A stretch of DNA of 33,327 nt from Myxococcota bacterium (GTDB taxonomy: Bacteria; Myxococcota_C; UBA6777): the NCBI GenBank assembly GCA_023150835.1, contig JAKLKB010000072.1:1-33327 (forward strand), in the 5' to 3' direction. The translations under genes were made by a program, and so were the position numbers. The notes beneath the pieces were generated by a model. It was not told the origin of the DNA. It searched no databases and worked only from the letters and a program-made list of their open reading frames with translations. Below are positions 1 through 8,573 of the stretch, piece by piece (the first letter of the stretch is position 1; every line of letters begins with the position of its first letter).

Positions 1-18
1 CTGTTCCTTTCACGTTGA

Positions 19-1419
19 TCATTTCTGATCGACGAGGGGTAATTCGCTCTCCGTTGATGCTCCGTCCGAGCGGGGGATAGATATGCAACTGGAGTCTTGG
101 TTGGACAGTCTCAACCGTTTGAGAAACTGCTCGGTTCTTTCTTGCAAGAGCTCTTTCACCTGTGGATACGGCATGAATAACCTTATCTCAGGCTCCTCTA
201 ACCTTGCCAGAATATTTCGAGCCGCATTGATGTCTGCATCCAATACCACCCCGTCGAAACAGTAAAATGAATCGCCTTTACGGGTTCCCAACAAGATCCC
301 ATAACGACTATCCATTTGCGAGGTATAGGCACACGACACCAAACAAACAGACGCCCCGCGTCTGCGAGAAACTGCGTACAAAGCGCGACCCATCAAACCC
401 TTTACCCACCCCGACAATCTTCGATTCTGCGAAGCTCCCAAAGACCGGCTTTTGCTCACAAATGATAAGTCTTCCGCTGCTATCGTCCCCGCCTTGTCCA
501 CCACGTCATGAACTGCTCGATAAATCACACTCTCTACCTTCGCCCGATGTTTTCTTTGGCGTTCGTCCAGCTTTTTCCTTCCCAGATTGAACTTCCGTAT
601 GCGGTCGCGCTTGTGCGGTTTTTTCTCTGCGATGGCTGACAGCTTGTTGCGACGCTGATATTTTTCTTTCAATCCATCGGATTCTTTTGTCAGTAAGTCC
701 CCGAATCCCAAACCATGTCGTTGCCCATCAGAGTCTGTAAACACTTCGCTGTAGCCTTTGTCTAGGCCGACCACAAGACTCCCACAAGGCCGCACGCTAC
801 AGACTCTTTCTTCTTCGACCGCATAATGGAGCTCGACGCGTCCGCCGCGTAGAATCAAGCGTAACGTTCCTGACGGCGCTCGATTTGTCGATAGCGGAAT
901 CGCCAGCCTTTGACGAGATTCCAAACTCATCATCTCAATCCAAGCTCGTCCTCTGTCCACAAATGCCTTATAACAACAGGGGTCGAGAATGATTTGGTTG
1001 CGTACTCGCGTATGACCGTGTTTGTAGTGACGGCGCATCAAACGCCGCAAGTAGTTATCTTCAGTCCACCGTGGGGAGGCCAACAAGTCGAACAGTCGTT
1101 TTTTCTCTTCGCTTGGGATGTCGCGTTTTTGCAAGGCGGCCCGAACTTTGACCTTGGCGGATTCGCGATAAGCCTGAATATCCTTGAAGACATCGCGCAA
1201 GGTTTCTTTCCATAAGCGGGCAGGGACATCAAACTCCCGCTGTTCTTTCAGCCATTGGTCACGGACTTCTCGGTGGTTGGTCCCTACCCCCTTGAGCGAA
1301 CCGAACTGCTGCCATACCTCCGAACGCAGCAAGCCTAAACGACGTGCCAGTTCTTCTAATCTCTTGTATTTCGAGACCGTCAAATCGTCGCTGTATGCGA
1401 TTCGGGTCACTTGACTCAT
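19..1419 (-). CDS. tnpB: TnpB RNA-guided endonuclease (IS607-associated)
   Basis: RuvC-I VVGLDKG, RuvC-II AAEDL, YTSQ motif and RuvC-III DADINAARNI; 466 aa; directly downstream of tnpA. Confidence 0.93.
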   Translation of the reverse strand: MSQVTRIAYSDDLTVSKYKRLEELARRLGLLRSEVWQQFGSLKGVGTNHREVRDQWLKEQREFDVPARLWKETLRDVFKDIQAYRESAKVKVRAALQKRDIPSEEKKRLFDLLASPRWTEDNYLRRLMRRHYKHGHTRVRNQIILDPCCYKAFVDRGRAWIEMMSLESRQRLAIPLSTNRAPSGTLRLILRGGRVELHYAVEEERVCSVRPCGSLVVGLDKGYSEVFTDSDGQRHGLGFGDLLTKESDGLKEKYQRRNKLSAIAEKKPHKRDRIRKFNLGRKKLDERQRKHRAKVESVIYRAVHDVVDKAGTIAAEDLSFVSKSRSLGASQNRRLSGWVKGLMGRALYAVSRRRGASVCLVSCAYTSQMDSRYGILLGTRKGDSFYCFDGVVLDADINAARNILARLEEPEIRLFMPYPQVKELLQERTEQFLKRLRLSNQDSSCISIPRSDGASTESELPLVDQK

Positions 1420-2033
1420 TGCTCTGGCCTCGTCACGGCTTCTTTGATTCGCTTTTTGTAACTTCGTAATCCATACAATCGAGAACTAAAGCAATGCACT
1501 ATCGACATCAAATCTTCAACCATCTCCCGTTCTGGAGAGAGTTTTTCTTGGTTGACCACGGTCACTTGACAACGGTGCTTTTCAGCGAACCACTGAAAAA
1601 AATCAAAACCAAATCTTATCAGCCGATCCTTGTGTGCAATGAGTAAATGGGCAATCTGTCCCTGTTCGATCCTTTCCATAAGCGATAAGAATTCTTTTCT
1701 CTTGAAGTTTAACCCCCCCCCGATTTCTTCAATCCATTCAGATACGACAATTTCGGATGCCAAACAAAAGTCTTTCATCGAATCGACTTGGGCTTGAAGA
1801 TCGGTTTTTTGATGGCTTGAAGAAACCCGACAATACACAACCGTTTTCCTGTCATCTGTGGGGTGGGCTTCGAGCCCCAACGCTTTGTGAAGATCCGACT
1901 CTTCGTAATATCTTTGGCCACCCAAAACTCTTTTGGCCGGAAGTGTTCCGTCTCTGTCCCATCGACGGAGAGTTTGCGTTGATCTGTTGATCTCTTTGGC
2001 GAATTGTCCGATGGTATATCTTTTCTCTGTCAT
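1416..2033 (-). CDS. tnpA: IS607 transposase TnpA (serine recombinase)
   Basis: N-terminal HTH (TLRRWD...GQRYY), catalytic YCRVSS, EIGGGLNFKR, HKDRLIRFGF, FSSRLYGLRSY. Confidence 0.95.
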   Translation of the reverse strand: MTEKRYTIGQFAKEINRSTQTLRRWDRDGTLPAKRVLGGQRYYEESDLHKALGLEAHPTDDRKTVVYCRVSSSHQKTDLQAQVDSMKDFCLASEIVVSEWIEEIGGGLNFKRKEFLSLMERIEQGQIAHLLIAHKDRLIRFGFDFFQWFAEKHRCQVTVVNQEKLSPEREMVEDLMSIVHCFSSRLYGLRSYKKRIKEAVTRPEQ

Positions 2034-2273
2034 CTGCTCTCTCGATCACATAAAAATCCTCAACTGTGATCAACTCTCATCACTTGTGATCAAAAAAGCA
2101 AGACCTAGAGTAAGCTCCACACGATCCTAAACCAAAAGCTCTCTTCCGTACAACACCAAGCCCCATCACCAACGCTCGCAAGCGCGCTCAACGATCGCGC
2201 ACAACCACCGCTTCTTTCGCACAACAGCATAAGAGACTGAATTGCAAAAGAAAACAAAAAAAACAATTTTCTC

Positions 2274-2299
2274 GTAACACCTCGCTTCGCTCCTGCGAC
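2274..2299 (+). promoter_or_regulatory. Putative ECF sigma promoter for the buf cluster
   Basis: GTAACA-N16-CGAC upstream of the precursor gene. Resembles ECF16/SigF-type (GTAACC-N16-CGAA) and ECF41-type promoters. A-tract just upstream could be an UP element. Confidence 0.5.
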
Positions 2300-2420
2300 C
2301 TATGCAACGAATCACCCAAGCGAACTCACCCCACATCACACGATGGAGGACGCTTGGGATAGTGTGCGCCTCGTCGCACTTCCTCTCTTTATGCAGCAAG
2401 AATCCAAAAAGGAGTGTTCG

Positions 2421-2684
2421 ATGAACAACGTATTCAAAGGTGCCATCATCGCTTCTGCCGTCGCTGGTCTTCTCGCAACCACCGCTTGCGGTACCCCCAC
2501 CAATACCACCACGCAATCCGTCAAGTGCAGCGGGATCAACGAGTGCAAAGGTCAAGGTGCCTGCGGTGCCAAAGACGGCAGCCACGACTGCGCGGGCAAA
2601 AACGAGTGCAAAAGCAAAGGCTGGGTCAAAAAAACCGAAGCCGAATGCAAAACCGCTGGCGGCACCAACCTCGGCCCAGCCTGA
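2421..2684 (+). CDS. bufA2: Bufferin-type (BufA2-like) Cys-rich RiPP precursor, probable lipoprotein
   Basis: AGGAG RBS before ATG 2421; signal peptide ending LLATTA-C; core CSGINECKGQGAC...CAGKNECKSKGW...EC; lies upstream of a DUF692 gene. Confidence 0.85.
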   Translation: MNNVFKGAIIASAVAGLLATTACGTPTNTTTQSVKCSGINECKGQGACGAKDGSHDCAGKNECKSKGWVKKTEAECKTAGGTNLGPA

Positions 2685-2838
2685 TCCCCACCGCGAACGC
2701 CTCCATCCTTCGGGATGGATCGACGTTAAGCGCACCACAAGCGTGCAGATACGAACCCCCACCTCTTTCTCACGCACAGACCGCGATGCAGCACCCCACG
2801 GCGTTCATCGCGGTTTTTTTTTGTGGAGTTTCACTTTA

Positions 2839-2967
2839 TTTTGTGGGGTTTCACCCCAGACCCCACAAGGGAGCGCGGCTCCCTTGACCCCGTATCGGCG
2901 AAGAGATCACAGGTTTTCCAAACAGACAGCTCTTTCGCTTGAGGAGATCGAACACGGCTTTTTTTGG
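2839..2967 (+). repeat. ~130-bp structured dispersed repeat, copy A
   Basis: TTTTGTGGGG-TTTCA-CCCC, CAAGGGAGC-GCG-GCTCCCTTGACCCCGTATCGGCG...GAACACGG; homologous to five other copies in the window. Confidence 0.88.
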
Positions 2968-3052
2968 CAACTGCGTAACTCCTATTCGAGAAACACGGCT
3001 TGATCGAATGAGCCGCACAGTTTCGAGGAAGAAAGATGGAGAGTTCTGATCG

Positions 3053-3931
3053 ATGACCAGCACACCTTATCTCGGACACGGAATCGGCCTACGCACCGTC
3101 CATTTTGACTATCTCCTACAACACCCGCCTGATGGGGTCGACTGGTTCGAGATCATCTCCGAAAACTACCTAGAACCCGGGGGCCGCCCGTGGGCCGTGT
3201 TGGAAAGGGTGCGCGCCCATTGCCCTGTCGTGATGCACGGAGTCTCCCTTGGGATCGGCAATACCGACGCTCTCTCTATCGAACACCTCCGCGCACTCAA
3301 AGCCCTCAAACAGCGCCTCCAACCTGCGTGGGTCTCGGATCACCTGTGCTGGGGCGCATTCGGTGGACACAACAGCCACGATCTCCTGCCCCTCCCCTAC
3401 ACCGAAGAAGCCATCCGCCACATCGTCCCTCGCGTCCAACAAGTCCAAGACACCCTCGGATGCCAGATCCTGCTCGAAAATGTCTCTAGCTACGTCACTT
3501 TCCCCGAAAGCGAACTCACCGAATGGGACTTCTTGCGTGAGATCTCTGAGCGCGCCGACTGCAAGATCCTCTTGGATGTCAACAACATCTACGTCAGCGC
3601 CTTCAACCACGGCTTCTCGATCGACACCTACCTCCAAGCCATCCCTCTCGATCGTGTCGGCCAATTCCATCTCGCTGGACACACAAACTACGGCGAATAC
3701 ATCATCGACACGCACATCGGACCTGTGATCGACGATGTGTGGGCTGTTTACCGCAAAGCCCTTGACCGCTTCGGCCCCATCTCCGCGCTCGTCGAATGGG
3801 ACGAAGATATCCCACCCTTCGCAGACGTCCTCCAAGAAGTCCGACGCTCCCGCTCCATCGAAGCTACATGGCGCGCACAAACCAACAACACCTCCACATC
3901 CCCCAAGGAGGCTCGCCATGCCCTCGCATAA
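3053..3931 (+). CDS. bufB: DUF692 multinuclear non-heme iron oxidative enzyme (MNIO, BufB-like)
   Basis: GIGLR, WFEIISEN, HGVSLGIG, SDHLCW, DLLPLPYTEE, LLENVSSY, LLDVNNIYV, HLAGH, IDTH and EWD motifs. Confidence 0.95.
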   Translation: MTSTPYLGHGIGLRTVHFDYLLQHPPDGVDWFEIISENYLEPGGRPWAVLERVRAHCPVVMHGVSLGIGNTDALSIEHLRALKALKQRLQPAWVSDHLCWGAFGGHNSHDLLPLPYTEEAIRHIVPRVQQVQDTLGCQILLENVSSYVTFPESELTEWDFLREISERADCKILLDVNNIYVSAFNHGFSIDTYLQAIPLDRVGQFHLAGHTNYGEYIIDTHIGPVIDDVWAVYRKALDRFGPISALVEWDEDIPPFADVLQEVRRSRSIEATWRAQTNNTSTSPKEARHALA

Positions 3932-5105
3932 CACCGAAGACAACCGCGCACTCCTCCATCCTGCCCATACAACCGACAAAACCGAGCCACCACACCATCT
4001 CGCTCATACCCCCGAACAAACCAATCCAACACACCATCACGCCCATACTTCCGAACAAACTGATCCACCATACCATCTCGCTCATACTTCCGAACAAACT
4101 GATCCACCATACCATCTCGCTCATACTTCCGAACAAACCGATCTCTGGACGCATCCACCGCTTCATATCGGACGCCTCCCCGAAGAACAGATCTATGCGA
4201 TCTTTTGGCAACAAGTCGGCGACCTTGGCAACGCAGGAGCAGAGCACACCGCCCCAAACTTGCGCAAACTGCAAGCCCGTTTTATGGCTCACATCCGACA
4301 TCCCGAAGGCCCCGAGATCGCCAAAGCCCACACCGCTGGCCTCGATCCCGAACTCCAACGCCTCCAAAACTGGATCGCCGCACCCAACGAAGACTTCGCC
4401 ATCCAACGCTTTTCGATCTACGCCAACGCCTACTTTACCCGTCTCTACGATATTTTACGCGACTTCTTCCCTCGTCTCGTCGAAGCACTCGATGAAGACA
4501 GCTTCCAAAACCTGATCGTGGACTATCTGATCGTGTACCCCTCGACCCATCCTTCCGCCCATCTGATCGGCGAACATCTCTCCGACTTCTTGCGCGCCTA
4601 TCCACGCCCCAACGCCCCGCACTGGCTCCCCGATCTCGTCGCTCTCGAATGGGGCCGCCTTGAACAGTTCTGCAAACCCGACCACCCGATCCTCACCCAA
4701 GCCGAACTCGCGGCGTATCCCCCCGAATCATGGGGCGAGATGCGCTTTGGCCTCAGCCCTGCCTGCGCACTCCTGCACCTTCAATCCCCCGCCTACCGCA
4801 TCTGGCTCGCGCTCCACGACAAAACTCCACTTCCTCCCATCCCTCACCAAGAATCCCCAACCCTCGTCTGGCGCTCTGGCTTTTCTCTCAGCCACGAATC
4901 TCTTACCTCTTCCGAAGCCTCCGCTTTTCAGATGCTTCAATCGGGCGCTGACTTCAACACCTTCTGCGGATGCTTCCTTGCCGACGAAGCTGGCGAACAA
5001 CAAGAACTCACCCAAGAGATCCTCCAACGCACCATCCAAAAAGCCTACACCTGCTTCGGTCGCTGGCTTGGCTACGGCCTCTTCACCGAGATCCTCCCCG
5101 CCTAA
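3918..5105 (+). CDS. bufC: DUF2063 (BufC/HvfC-like) MNIO partner with His-rich N-terminal repeats
   Basis: AAGGAGG RBS, ATG 3918 overlapping bufB; RFSIYANAYFTRL...FFPRL...YPS...DLVALEW pattern typical of DUF2063 proteins. Confidence 0.85.
   Translation: MPSHNTEDNRALLHPAHTTDKTEPPHHLAHTPEQTNPTHHHAHTSEQTDPPYHLAHTSEQTDPPYHLAHTSEQTDLWTHPPLHIGRLPEEQIYAIFWQQVGDLGNAGAEHTAPNLRKLQARFMAHIRHPEGPEIAKAHTAGLDPELQRLQNWIAAPNEDFAIQRFSIYANAYFTRLYDILRDFFPRLVEALDEDSFQNLIVDYLIVYPSTHPSAHLIGEHLSDFLRAYPRPNAPHWLPDLVALEWGRLEQFCKPDHPILTQAELAAYPPESWGEMRFGLSPACALLHLQSPAYRIWLALHDKTPLPPIPHQESPTLVWRSGFSLSHESLTSSEASAFQMLQSGADFNTFCGCFLADEAGEQQELTQEILQRTIQKAYTCFGRWLGYGLFTEILPA
3957..4142 (+). repeat. 39-bp coding tandem repeat (~4.8 copies, HLAHTSEQTDPPY)
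   Basis: Units start at 3957, 3996, 4035, 4074 and 4113. Confidence 0.92.
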
Positions 5106-5161
5106 TACATCCCCACACCGCACACACCGCATCGCATCGGACAAATGATGGGTTTTTGATC

Positions 5162-5286
5162 TTGTGGGGTGCCACCCCACACCCCGCAAGGGACTGTCGC
5201 CCCTTGACCCCGTATCGGCGAAGCGATCACAGGTCTTTCAAGACAACGACTCTGTCGCTTGGGCGTTCGCGAACACGGGTTTTTTG
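5162..5286 (+). repeat. ~130-bp structured dispersed repeat, copy B
   Basis: TTGTGGGGTGCCACCCCACACCCCGCAAGGG...CCCTTGACCCCGTATCGGCGAAG...GAACACGGGTTTTT. Confidence 0.88.
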
Positions 5287-5319
5287 AACACGCGAGATGG
5301 GCAGAAAATTCGCGATGTT

Positions 5320-5555
5320 CTTACCCCGCACCCCCTGCCCCCTCTCCCCGCGACGCTACACTGCGGAGGCGAGGGGGAGAAGAAAAAGCCCAAAAGAACG
5401 GGGGATCGTGACAACCTCGACGCAGACGGAAACAAAGTGTTGTTCGCTGCTGTGTCTCACTAATTAGCCGCTGCGTTCGCTTGGGTTCCCCTCGCCTTGC
5501 AGCGAGGCTTTGCAAGCGTCGCAGGGAGAGGGGTGTCGCGAAGCGACGGGGTGAG
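5320..5555. repeat. Inverted pair of CCCTCTCCC/GGGAGAGGG-type palindromic elements
   Basis: 5320-5378 (CTTACCCCG...CCCCTCTCCCCGCGACGCT...GGCGAGGGGGA) is an imperfect reverse complement of 5487-5555. Confidence 0.75.
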
Positions 5556-5616
5556 CGTCACACGTTTTGTACCCTTGTAAGCCCCTACCCCAATTGAATG
5601 CAAAAAGCTTTTAAAT

Positions 5617-5910
5617 ACATCCGAAAGCAGAGCATCCACATCTGAAAGCAGAGCATCCACATCTGAAAGCAGAGCATCCACATCTGAAAGCAGAGCATTC
5701 ACATCTGAAAGCAGAGCATCCATATCTGAAAGCAGAGCATTCACATCTGAAAGCAGAGCATTCACATCTGAAAGCAGAGCATCCACATCTGAAAGCAGAG
5801 CATCCACATCTGAAAGCAGAGCATCCACATCTGAAAGCAGAGCATTCACATCTGAAAGCAGAGCATCCACATCTGAAAGCAGAACATTCACATCTGAAAG
5901 CAGAGCATCT
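5617..5910. repeat. 21-bp tandem array, 14 copies (ACATCTGAAAGCAGAGCAT[C/T]C)
   Basis: Exact 21-bp period from 5617 to 5910 with few variable positions. Confidence 0.97.
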
Positions 5911-5978
5911 GCATTTTACTCTAGCTCTACACCTAAAGAATACACAATTTTGCATAGAATAAGGATTACGCGATTAAA

Positions 5979-6110
5979 CCCAAGATCCCCCGTGTTCGCA
6001 CCCATTCAAGCGGAGCCGTTGCTGGTTTGGAAAACATCTGCTCGTCCCGCCAACATGGGGTCAAGGGGCCATCGGTCCCTTGTGGGGTGTGGGGTGAAAC
6101 CCCACAAAAA
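5979..6110 (-). repeat. ~130-bp structured dispersed repeat, copy C
   Basis: Reverse complement reads TTTTTGTGGGGTTTCACCCCACACCCCACAAGGGACCGATGGCCCCTTGACCCCATG...GCGAACACGGGGG. Confidence 0.88.
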
Positions 6111-6136
6111 CCATCCCACCGCGCAAGTTCTATTCG

Positions 6137-7702
6137 TTAAAGCGCGGAACGGAGAGAGCGGGTTCTTCGCTTGTAGCCCCAAGCGAGGGCGAGGAAGAGC
6201 ATCCACCATGCGAATCCAGAGGGAGAGACGGGATGGCTTTGGCAACCGATGCCTTGTTTGGGTTCGCGGCATGTTGGGACACATTGACCTGCTGCGTTGC
6301 AGACGTTGTATTGTTCGGAGGGAGGGCAAGGGAGGTTTCCTTGTGGGCCACCTTGTGGGGGATTGGGGTTGGACGGCGGAGTGACGGGAGGCGTTGGGTT
6401 GGACGGCGGAGTGACGGGAGGTGTTGGAGGTATCGGGTTAGAAGGTGGAGTGACGGGAGGTGTTGGAGGTGTCGGAGGCGTCGGGGGTGTTGGAGATGTT
6501 GCACCTTCGCGGCAGTAGCTGATTTGACTGCTCAAGGTCTCGCAGCCGAATCCTGCGCCACAGGATTGATCGGGGCGGCAGCCACAGAGGGAGATTTTTT
6601 CGCTCCCGTGCTGGGCATCATAACGGCAAGCACCTTTGGAGATCGAGCAAGGATCGGCTTGATCTTTTTTACAGGCTTCAAAGCAGATCGTTTTTTCTTT
6701 TGTGCCGCCACAGAGCAACCCGGGCGCACAAGGCGCGTCGATGGAACAAGATTCACCGTATTTTTGAGTGCCTGCTGGAGAACAAAAACAAGCAGCGCTT
6801 CCTTGTTGGCAAGGCGAAAGCAACGGAGCGGCCCCTGCATAGCATCCCTCTCCCGAAGAACATTCGCTGTCCTTACGGCAGGACGTACTTTTTCCCATGA
6901 CTTGATAGATCCAAGGAAGATAGCGATCGACGCGTGTATGCACGCTTGCAGAATCGCAGTACGTCGATCCATCTGGATGCTTCGTCGGGTTGTCTCCTCG
7001 GGAGGTCACGCCAACGACAACAAGATACTGTTCGAGAGCGATCGCTGGTCCACCTGAATCGCCATGACAAGCGTCTTGCGTGTCACCTTTGAGGAGAAAA
7101 TCAAGGTCGCGAATCTCTTTGACTTTCAACATTGCGCTTCTTTTGTACTCGTCTGCGATCTGCTTCGGGTTTGTTGTGTAAAAGCCATAACCCGCAACGT
7201 AAAGCTCTTTCCCGACCCATGAGCGGTTAAAGAAGGAAGGTGTGGGTAAAGCAACGTGTTTTAACGGGATATCCTCGCCAAAAACAACCAACGCGATATC
7301 ATACCTCAATTCGCTTTTATCATACAAAGGGTGCATGATCGTCTGTTTGATCGCATAGTAATGGCGTGCGTATTGTTTGCCGTCCTCGCTTAACACATCA
7401 AAGCGGATCTCCACAGTGCCTTCCTCCTTGTCCAAACCATCCACGCAATGCGCCGCAGTCAAAAAATGGCGCGGGCCGATCAAGGTTCCCGTACAAAAAG
7501 CTCTATCCGAACGATTGATTACAAATCCCCCTATAGCAGGATAGCTTAAGTCGATGGTGCCGTTGATGATGGGCTGTTTTTTTACGGTGGCGTCGTTGGA
7601 TTCGTTGGGTGTGTTGGGGTTTTGTGCGCACGCCACAAGCGAAGCGCAAACAAGCAAAGAACTCAAATAAGAACGGGTCTTGGTTGAAACATATCGGAAC
7701 AT
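6137..7702 (-). CDS. Trypsin-like (S1) serine protease; lipoprotein with Cys-rich and Pro-rich regions and MYXO-CTERM-like tail
   Basis: AGGAG RBS 6 nt before ATG 7702; lipobox LVAC; IING mature start; LTAAHC, YDIAL, GDSGGP triad; C-terminal GC...WWMLFLALAW..KRR. Confidence 0.9.
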   Translation of the reverse strand: MFRYVSTKTRSYLSSLLVCASLVACAQNPNTPNESNDATVKKQPIINGTIDLSYPAIGGFVINRSDRAFCTGTLIGPRHFLTAAHCVDGLDKEEGTVEIRFDVLSEDGKQYARHYYAIKQTIMHPLYDKSELRYDIALVVFGEDIPLKHVALPTPSFFNRSWVGKELYVAGYGFYTTNPKQIADEYKRSAMLKVKEIRDLDFLLKGDTQDACHGDSGGPAIALEQYLVVVGVTSRGDNPTKHPDGSTYCDSASVHTRVDRYLPWIYQVMGKSTSCRKDSECSSGEGCYAGAAPLLSPCQQGSAACFCSPAGTQKYGESCSIDAPCAPGLLCGGTKEKTICFEACKKDQADPCSISKGACRYDAQHGSEKISLCGCRPDQSCGAGFGCETLSSQISYCREGATSPTPPTPPTPPTPPVTPPSNPIPPTPPVTPPSNPTPPVTPPSNPNPPQGGPQGNLPCPPSEQYNVCNAAGQCVPTCREPKQGIGCQSHPVSPSGFAWWMLFLALAWGYKRRTRSLRSAL

Positions 7703-8069
7703 CGCCATCTCCTTTTGTTGACGGGTTGATTCGTGCGACGCCCCTTTTCTCAAAAACAAAGCCAGCTTTTCATTTTCCAGCAAGCCATTGAAATCAAAGC
7801 CAAAAGCCCCCCATCCTCAAAGCGGCCCCTCCCAAGACCAAGCGCCACAAAGCAAAGACTGTCCAACAACCAAACAACGACACCGTTCAAGATCTGAACG
7901 CTCTGGCAACGGGCCGCGCAGGCCCAAAAATGTGAAAAGCAACAGACCGCCCAAAAAAAGCTCGCTGCTCAAGAGAATTGCTCTAGATAGACTCTATACC
8001 GCGTTGTGTTGTACAAAAGCGTTTGTAAGGGCGAGTGTTCGTCGACGCATTCACCGAGGAGCATCAATC

Positions 8070-8573
8070 GTGGATACGAAACAACGCAAGGAGCAATTCA
8101 GCCAAGCTTTTGTTCAAGCAATCGCAGCTTGCGCCGGTTTTGCTTGGAGCAAACCAAGCGTAGATGAAGATAGCGTCGATATGATGTTGTCCAAAAAGGG
8201 AGGAAGCGGGACGCTTCGCTCCCCGAGGCTCGAATTGCAACTGAAATGCACCGAAAAAGAAGCTATGATCGCAAGTGACGGAACGTTCAGTTATTCTATT
8301 CCATTGAAGAACTACGATGATCTGAGAGATACAAGTCTACACATACCGCGCATATTGGTCGTCGTTTTCGTACCCGCACAACAAGAGGAATAGCTATCAC
8401 AAAAGGAAGACGAACTTGTTTTGCGGCGTTGTGGTTTCTGGATGAATCTTCGCGGCCAAGCAGAAAGCCAAAACGAGCGCGGCCAAACCGTCCGTATCCC
8501 ACTCAACCAAAGGTTGACCGTTGACGCCTTGCAAGACATCATGGAACGCATCGGTCAGGGAGGACAACCATGA
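8070..8573 (+). pseudogene. DUF4365 PD-(D/E)XK-like protein interrupted by in-frame TAG (8391-8393)
   Basis: GAGGAG RBS + GTG 8070; KEQFSQAFVQAIAA..G, DEDSVD, LELQLK, NYDDLR, PRILVVV. The same frame continues past the TAG (LSQKEDELVLRRCGFWMNLRG...TVRIP..Q.LTVDAL) to TGA 8573. Confidence 0.8.

Larger units (their letters stand above)
1..2105 (-). mobile_element. IS607-family insertion sequence (tnpA + tnpB)
   Basis: Serine recombinase with N-terminal MerR-like HTH overlapping a RuvC TnpB by 4 bp. TGATC-containing short repeats at both putative ends (16-30; 2042-2093). Minus-strand GG at 2104-2105 is a candidate core dinucleotide. End positions are approximate. Confidence 0.88.

Noticed and set aside
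2106-2420. Group I intron (IStron) upstream of IS607 tnpA
   Set aside because: Only ~70 bp separate the candidate left end from tnpA, and I see no intron core motifs; the region looks like the buf promoter.
5460-5955. ORFs DVDALLS-repeat (143 aa) and RCGCSAF-repeat (114 aa)
   Set aside because: Open only because the 21-bp unit lacks stops in those frames; no convincing RBS or unique domain. Not called as CDS.
7788-8069. N-terminal extension of the DUF4365 ORF from TTG 7788
   Set aside because: Low-complexity translation of a divergent promoter region; the RBS and family start fit GTG 8070.
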